Shown piece after piece: positions 63,664-64,000 of a stretch of 64,000 bases of DNA. The notes under the pieces are model-generated. The model ran no database searches, had not been told where the DNA came from, and was given only the letters and a program-made list of their open reading frames with translations. The DNA is from Botryllus schlosseri (Eukaryota), in contig CM119372.1 in assembly GCA_051294905.1 (NCBI GenBank), forward strand, positions 8,248,001 to 8,312,000, written 5' to 3'. Each line of letters begins with the position of its first letter. Positions within the stretch are counted from its first letter, which is position 1. Position numbers and translations under genes: made by a program.

Positions 63664-64000
63664 CTCTTGGACTCATAATTAGCGTTGGCCAAAATAGAGT
63701 TCCTGAGTGATTCAATTCTGAATCGAGTATTTGGTTTCGAGTCGAATCGAGCATGCATCCTTTATGCTACCACAAAGACAATAATGCCCGTTCTGCACCA
63801 CGTTGAAGATAGTTTGGTATTTACTCGACCATGCAATTTCATTGCACTTTATGACAATGCTGTGGGGTGATCATGACTTCACAGATTTGTCCTTTTCACT
63901 AAGGTGCGTAGCCTTGCACTATATACGATTCGTTCGCTGCGATACGAGATACGACCAATCGAGGTTTCAAGGGTTTCACTATTGAATAATAACATGGGAT

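Overview
AT-rich, intron-containing animal genomic DNA. An invertebrate such as a tunicate is plausible, but that is inference only. All genes I can reconstruct are on the + strand. In order: (1) the 3' tail of a gene ending in a mucin CysD/WxxW domain (1-128); (2) gene N1 (ATG 3670), a secreted precursor with two furin-type sites and a cysteine-rich N-terminal region I do not recognise; (3) two CysD/WxxW exons (17780-19566), either the distal end of N1 or a separate small gene; (4) gene N2 (29564-55111; 30 coding exons, about 1285 aa by my exon sum), a clear N1 paralogue followed by 20 single-exon EGF-like modules, TIL-TSP1-TIL and two more EGF-like modules; (5) the 5' part of an annexin with degenerate Ca2+ sites in repeats I and II. 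Introns and intergenic DNA are full of hAT-type MITEs (several nested, with readable 8-bp TSDs), TA-flanked foldback MITEs, L2/CR1-like LINE 3' ends and a tRNA-derived SINE. The most notable signal is the N1/N2 family: signal peptide, furin site, domain A, furin site, domain B. A and B look internally homologous, and the paralogues carry different C-terminal extracellular modules. All gene models were built by eye from GT-AG sites, phase compatibility and paralogy, without transcript evidence.
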